A stretch of DNA of 64,000 nt from Trichinella spiralis (Eukaryota). Each line of letters starts with the position of its first letter. The stretch's first letter is position 1. This document shows positions 60,074 to 64,000 of the stretch, in pieces. The notes under the pieces are model-generated. The model worked only from the letters and a program-made list of their open reading frames with translations. It did no database searches and had not been told where the DNA came from. The stretch covers positions 3,194,621 through 3,258,620 of the forward strand of contig NW_003526948.1 of assembly GCF_000181795.1 (NCBI RefSeq), in the 5' to 3' direction. The translations under genes were made by a program, and so were the position numbers.

Positions 60074-61315
60074 GGAGAAGCCTAATTTCAAAACAAAATT
60101 AAAAATAAAGCTTTGTTAAATTTCACTATAAACAACAACAATTTCACAGTAACCCTTTCAATTCAAAAAAATAAATCAAATGAACTTACTACAACTTATT
60201 TCGCACCTCGAAACCAATTTGTTCAAAAGCAGATGCTATTTCAATTCTAGTAAAACAGGTTCAAATGTAAAACTGTGTTGTCAATTTTTAACCAGTTTCA
60301 AATTTCAATGAAATATTACTGCGAAAGAAAATGCCGCATCTACCACCGCACAGACAATACTGTCAACCGATGGCTAACAATATTGCACAGTGTCATCAAT
60401 AAGCTAAAAAGAGCCAAATCGCCACTCCCATGGATACGTTCAAATTGCTGCTGTTTGTCACTGCCAAACTGGTCTCTTTACGCTAAAAGGCAATCACAAT
60501 GACAACATTAATCGTCTGTTCCATTTTAAGTCAATAAAAAAATGTTCAGAAAATACACATCTTATTACGCGTCATAAATAAGTGTTTGAAACTGGGAAAC
60601 TCTTTTTTTAGAAATAAATAGAATTTTACTAAATTTAGACGAAAAAAATTTAACTCACGTCATTTGGTAAAATACATGGAACAAAAAAAATTAAAATTCA
60701 TTAATTTAAAGAAAAAAAATCACATTTTAAATGTACAAAAGCAAATGACACAAAATTTTCATTCAGAAATAAAAAACAATATGCATCAAGTAAACATGGA
60801 ATACTGTAACTAAAATAAAATTAAGATGAAATTTGGAAATGCGACTTGAATTGATCATCCTTTGCATTCTTTTTATGGCTGTTAAATGAAGAAAGAAAAA
60901 GAATTAATATCTGTTAGTAAATGACATATGAAAAAGCTAATATTAGGTCAAGAACAACTTTTTGAATTACACTGATAATGTTTGAAACTAAAAGAATACA
61001 GCTAGCATTTACAAATTTCCCGATGTAAAATCATTTATTAATTATAAAAAATTAACAATTTCAATTGAAATTATTAGCTTTCAAAAAATTATTCATACTT
61101 GAAAATTACAATTATACCGTGTCATAACTTGATCAAAGTTGATTAATGTAGTGCAGAAGAGTATAAATTTTAATGGCTGATTTCTAAGCGGGTTTCTTTT
61201 TACGCATTAATTGGCCTTTCTCTATTAATATCTTTTAACTCACATTTCATTTATATAATAGAAGTGATTTCGTTTCCTTTGAAGTTTTTTAAATTAAAAA
61301 AAATTATTTTAGAAA

Positions 61316-62649
61316 ATGTCTAAAACAGAAAAATTAGATTTTGATCCTTATGAGTTGTTGGAAGTTGATGAAGATGCTACAGAGAACGATGTTATAAAAG
61401 CTTATCGAAAGCAAGCTTTGAAATGGCATCCGGACAAAAATCCCGACTGCAAAGAGCGAGGTTTGCATTTTAGCACTTAGTTTCATAGTATTTCAATGTA
61501 TTGGATGTTGTACTTTGAAAACTTTTGCGTTTGTGTATATTGGGTGCATTGGTAAATGAATATAAAGGTTTTGTTGGGCTTCTTTTCCAAAGAATTTGAT
61601 TTTAGCGTCGGCAATGTTTTTGAAAATATCTCGATCGTTGGAAATTCTTACCGATGCTAGCGCTCGAGCTGCACTTAACCATTTGCGAAAAGCTAAACGA
61701 GAAGCTAAGAAGCGTTTTGAGCATTTGGACAGTAAGCGTCGAAAACTGCGAGAAGGTAAGTTAAGTTGTAAGAAATATTTTCCCTTATTAAAGACAACTA
61801 TTGCTACTATACAAAAGATGATTTGCAGAGTTGGAGGTACGCGAAAATGAAGTAAATTTGAAAAAAGAAGAAGAACAGCAAGCTTATAAAGATCTAGCTA
61901 CGGAGGTATTTGTGGTTTGCATTGAATAGCTTCAGTTTTTTAATGAATATTATTCTGTTTTAGATTGAACGACTGCGAAAAGCGGGTTCGAAAATTTTAC
62001 AGCAAGAACGAGAAAAAGTTGAGAAGAAAGTTCGAGAGGAGCGAAAGCCCTCAAACATTAGTCATTCTGACTTTGTTCTTAAAGTAAATGGCAACTTTTA
62101 ATATATATATATATATTTATTTATTTATTTGAAAAATTTACTCACCAATTTGTCAAATGGATGTTTCTTCATTTCGCTTCTTGCTCTACTTTACAGCCAT
62201 TTGTAAAGCACAGTTGATTTTTATTTCAGGTAAAATGGGATGATTCAGCGGGAAATGTTTCTGAAGAATCAATTCGTGAACAGTTTGAAAAAGTGACAAA
62301 TGAGAAAATGTTCCATTCAATGAACGTATTTGCATATTCAATATTTTAGTTTTGCGTAGTGGAAGATGTTATTGTTAGCAAAGGTTTGAAAAAGTTCGCC
62401 ATTTTGAGCTTTGGCAGTGAGGAAGCGATGTCGAAAGCGAAAGCAGCATGCGATGGTTCGGCGGTGCCGTTTCGATACGCGTCGGACAAATCGAAGCAAT
62501 GTGACCAAGCTACCGAAACTACTGCAGAATTCAATCCAACGAATGAATATCTCGATCGAACCACACTCAAAGGACATTTACAGTTTGAAAGTGATATATT
62601 ATCCCGAATGCGCGAAGCTGCCTTGAAACAAAATGCCTCCAAACAGTAG
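61316..62649 (+). CDS. DNAJC17: DnaJ subfamily C member 17 (Cwf23-like spliceosomal J protein)
   Basis: J domain with [17 protein letters not shown], then [31 protein letters not shown], a degenerate RRM (LK|VKW) and a C-terminal [12 protein letters not shown]. Confidence 0.9.
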
Positions 62650-64000
62650 CGAGTGAACAGATTTTATGGCGCATGTTTTAGCAGTTCTAATTAATTAAAA
62701 ACTCGGCCATATGTACACAATTGTGTGTATCACTATTATTATTGCTGCTTATGCTATGCTGAATTGTGTCAAGCTTATGATGTTCAAATAATGAGTGATA
62801 AGATAAGAAAATGAATTGTGTAAATTTTTACAGCGTAGTCATCTGCTGTAATGTGGAACAACTTCTCCAAATATATGGTCTGATGGATATTAGTTCACTG
62901 TTAAAATGTTATAAAATCACACTTCCATTCAGTTGAAATAAAAATTTTTCACATTAAATATTCTAAAATGCTACATCTTTAGTAAAATGATATCACCATG
63001 TTGAATGCTTTGTAATACGCTTAATCAATTTGACCACGGGTGTCGAACAAAATAGATTTATCATTTCTTCCCATGAGTATTTTCTTTTAATGAAAAATAC
63101 AATCTCGACTGTATAAAAAAAGTTCACCTAAAACGTGAACATTTAGACAAGTTGAACAACGGTTGTATTAGGGCATATTTTATTGCAAAATAGCACTGAC
63201 CTGTTATTTGTTTGGCAGGTTAGAAATATGCAAATGATGGTGTTATCTATGAATTTATCTATGATAAGTGATTTTCTTTCGTATCTTATAATCGTGAATT
63301 TTCTTCTTAACATAATGCGAGTTGTTTGAGCACACAGCTCATAACGTGTTCTGATATTTTATCATATTAATGCTATCATCAAAAATTACAAAAAGTAAAA
63401 GAACCCCGTGTAATAATATAACTGTACGTGTACATGATACGTTTAGATTTTATTTCAAGCTTTGCATTCAATTTTTAAACTTAAACTATTATGGGATTTT
63501 GATTTACTTTACGATAACATTAGTATATTAGAATTTTTAAAAACAGTTCTCGTAACATCATAGTATACTGTAAAATTGTACAGAAATGTAAGTACAAATT
63601 GTTTCGTGTTTGTTAAAAGTGAAAATAATACAAGTAATTGGTTTGCAACAAATAATACCGTAATTTTATTAATAAAATTAAAATTAATTTTCAACTTATG
63701 ACAATTTTATAGATACTGTACCATTTGGTCTGTAGCTCATCGATTTCATAACTATTGAGTTGTGTGTATGATAGATTTCGATTAGTTTTCTCATTAAAAT
63801 ACATCCTTATCAAAGTCAACGTAAGTTTATCAATAAATATACAAAATAGTGCAAAACGACAATGAAAAATTGTAGCAACCGCATACCCCGATTTGTGTAT
63901 TTGAAATTTAGACGCACCCGTCGATTGCAGATGAAAACATCGTCAACATCGTAAATTAGAATACATTTTCATCGTGAAATTTGTAACAACTTTGCATAAT

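Overview
AT-rich eukaryotic genomic DNA with short GT-AG introns (mostly about 45-80 nt) and TTTCAG/TTTTAG acceptors. It is most consistent with a clade I nematode, probably Trichinella (inferred, not searched). The window opens at the edge of a degenerate repeat with a period of about 1.53 kb. It then carries 13 recognisable protein-coding genes, which I assembled by hand across introns: a secreted MIG-18-like Cys-rich protein, an SRSF11/SREK1-type SR protein, two tandem pi-class GSTs, an emerin-like LEM protein, NEDD4, a short CLASP-like protein, a dCMP deaminase homolog, a KANSL1/NSL1-like PEHE protein, an intronless SoxC, casein kinase 1 gamma, an ADP-dependent glucokinase homolog and DNAJC17. 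The strongest observations are two intact, properly spliced genes that lack their family's catalytic residue while keeping ligand-binding motifs. The dCMP deaminase homolog has HAA instead of HAE, and the ADPGK homolog has TVGVAQ instead of TVGLGD plus SEQE instead of NEQE, so both are candidate pseudoenzymes. Other leads are candidate poison-splicing events in the SR gene, a possible PY-motif terminal exon and a GC-AG intron in NEDD4, and a highly diverged KANSL1. I found no tRNA, rRNA, CRISPR array or intact transposon. Comparisons to human and worm proteins rely on recalled family consensus and need alignment to confirm.
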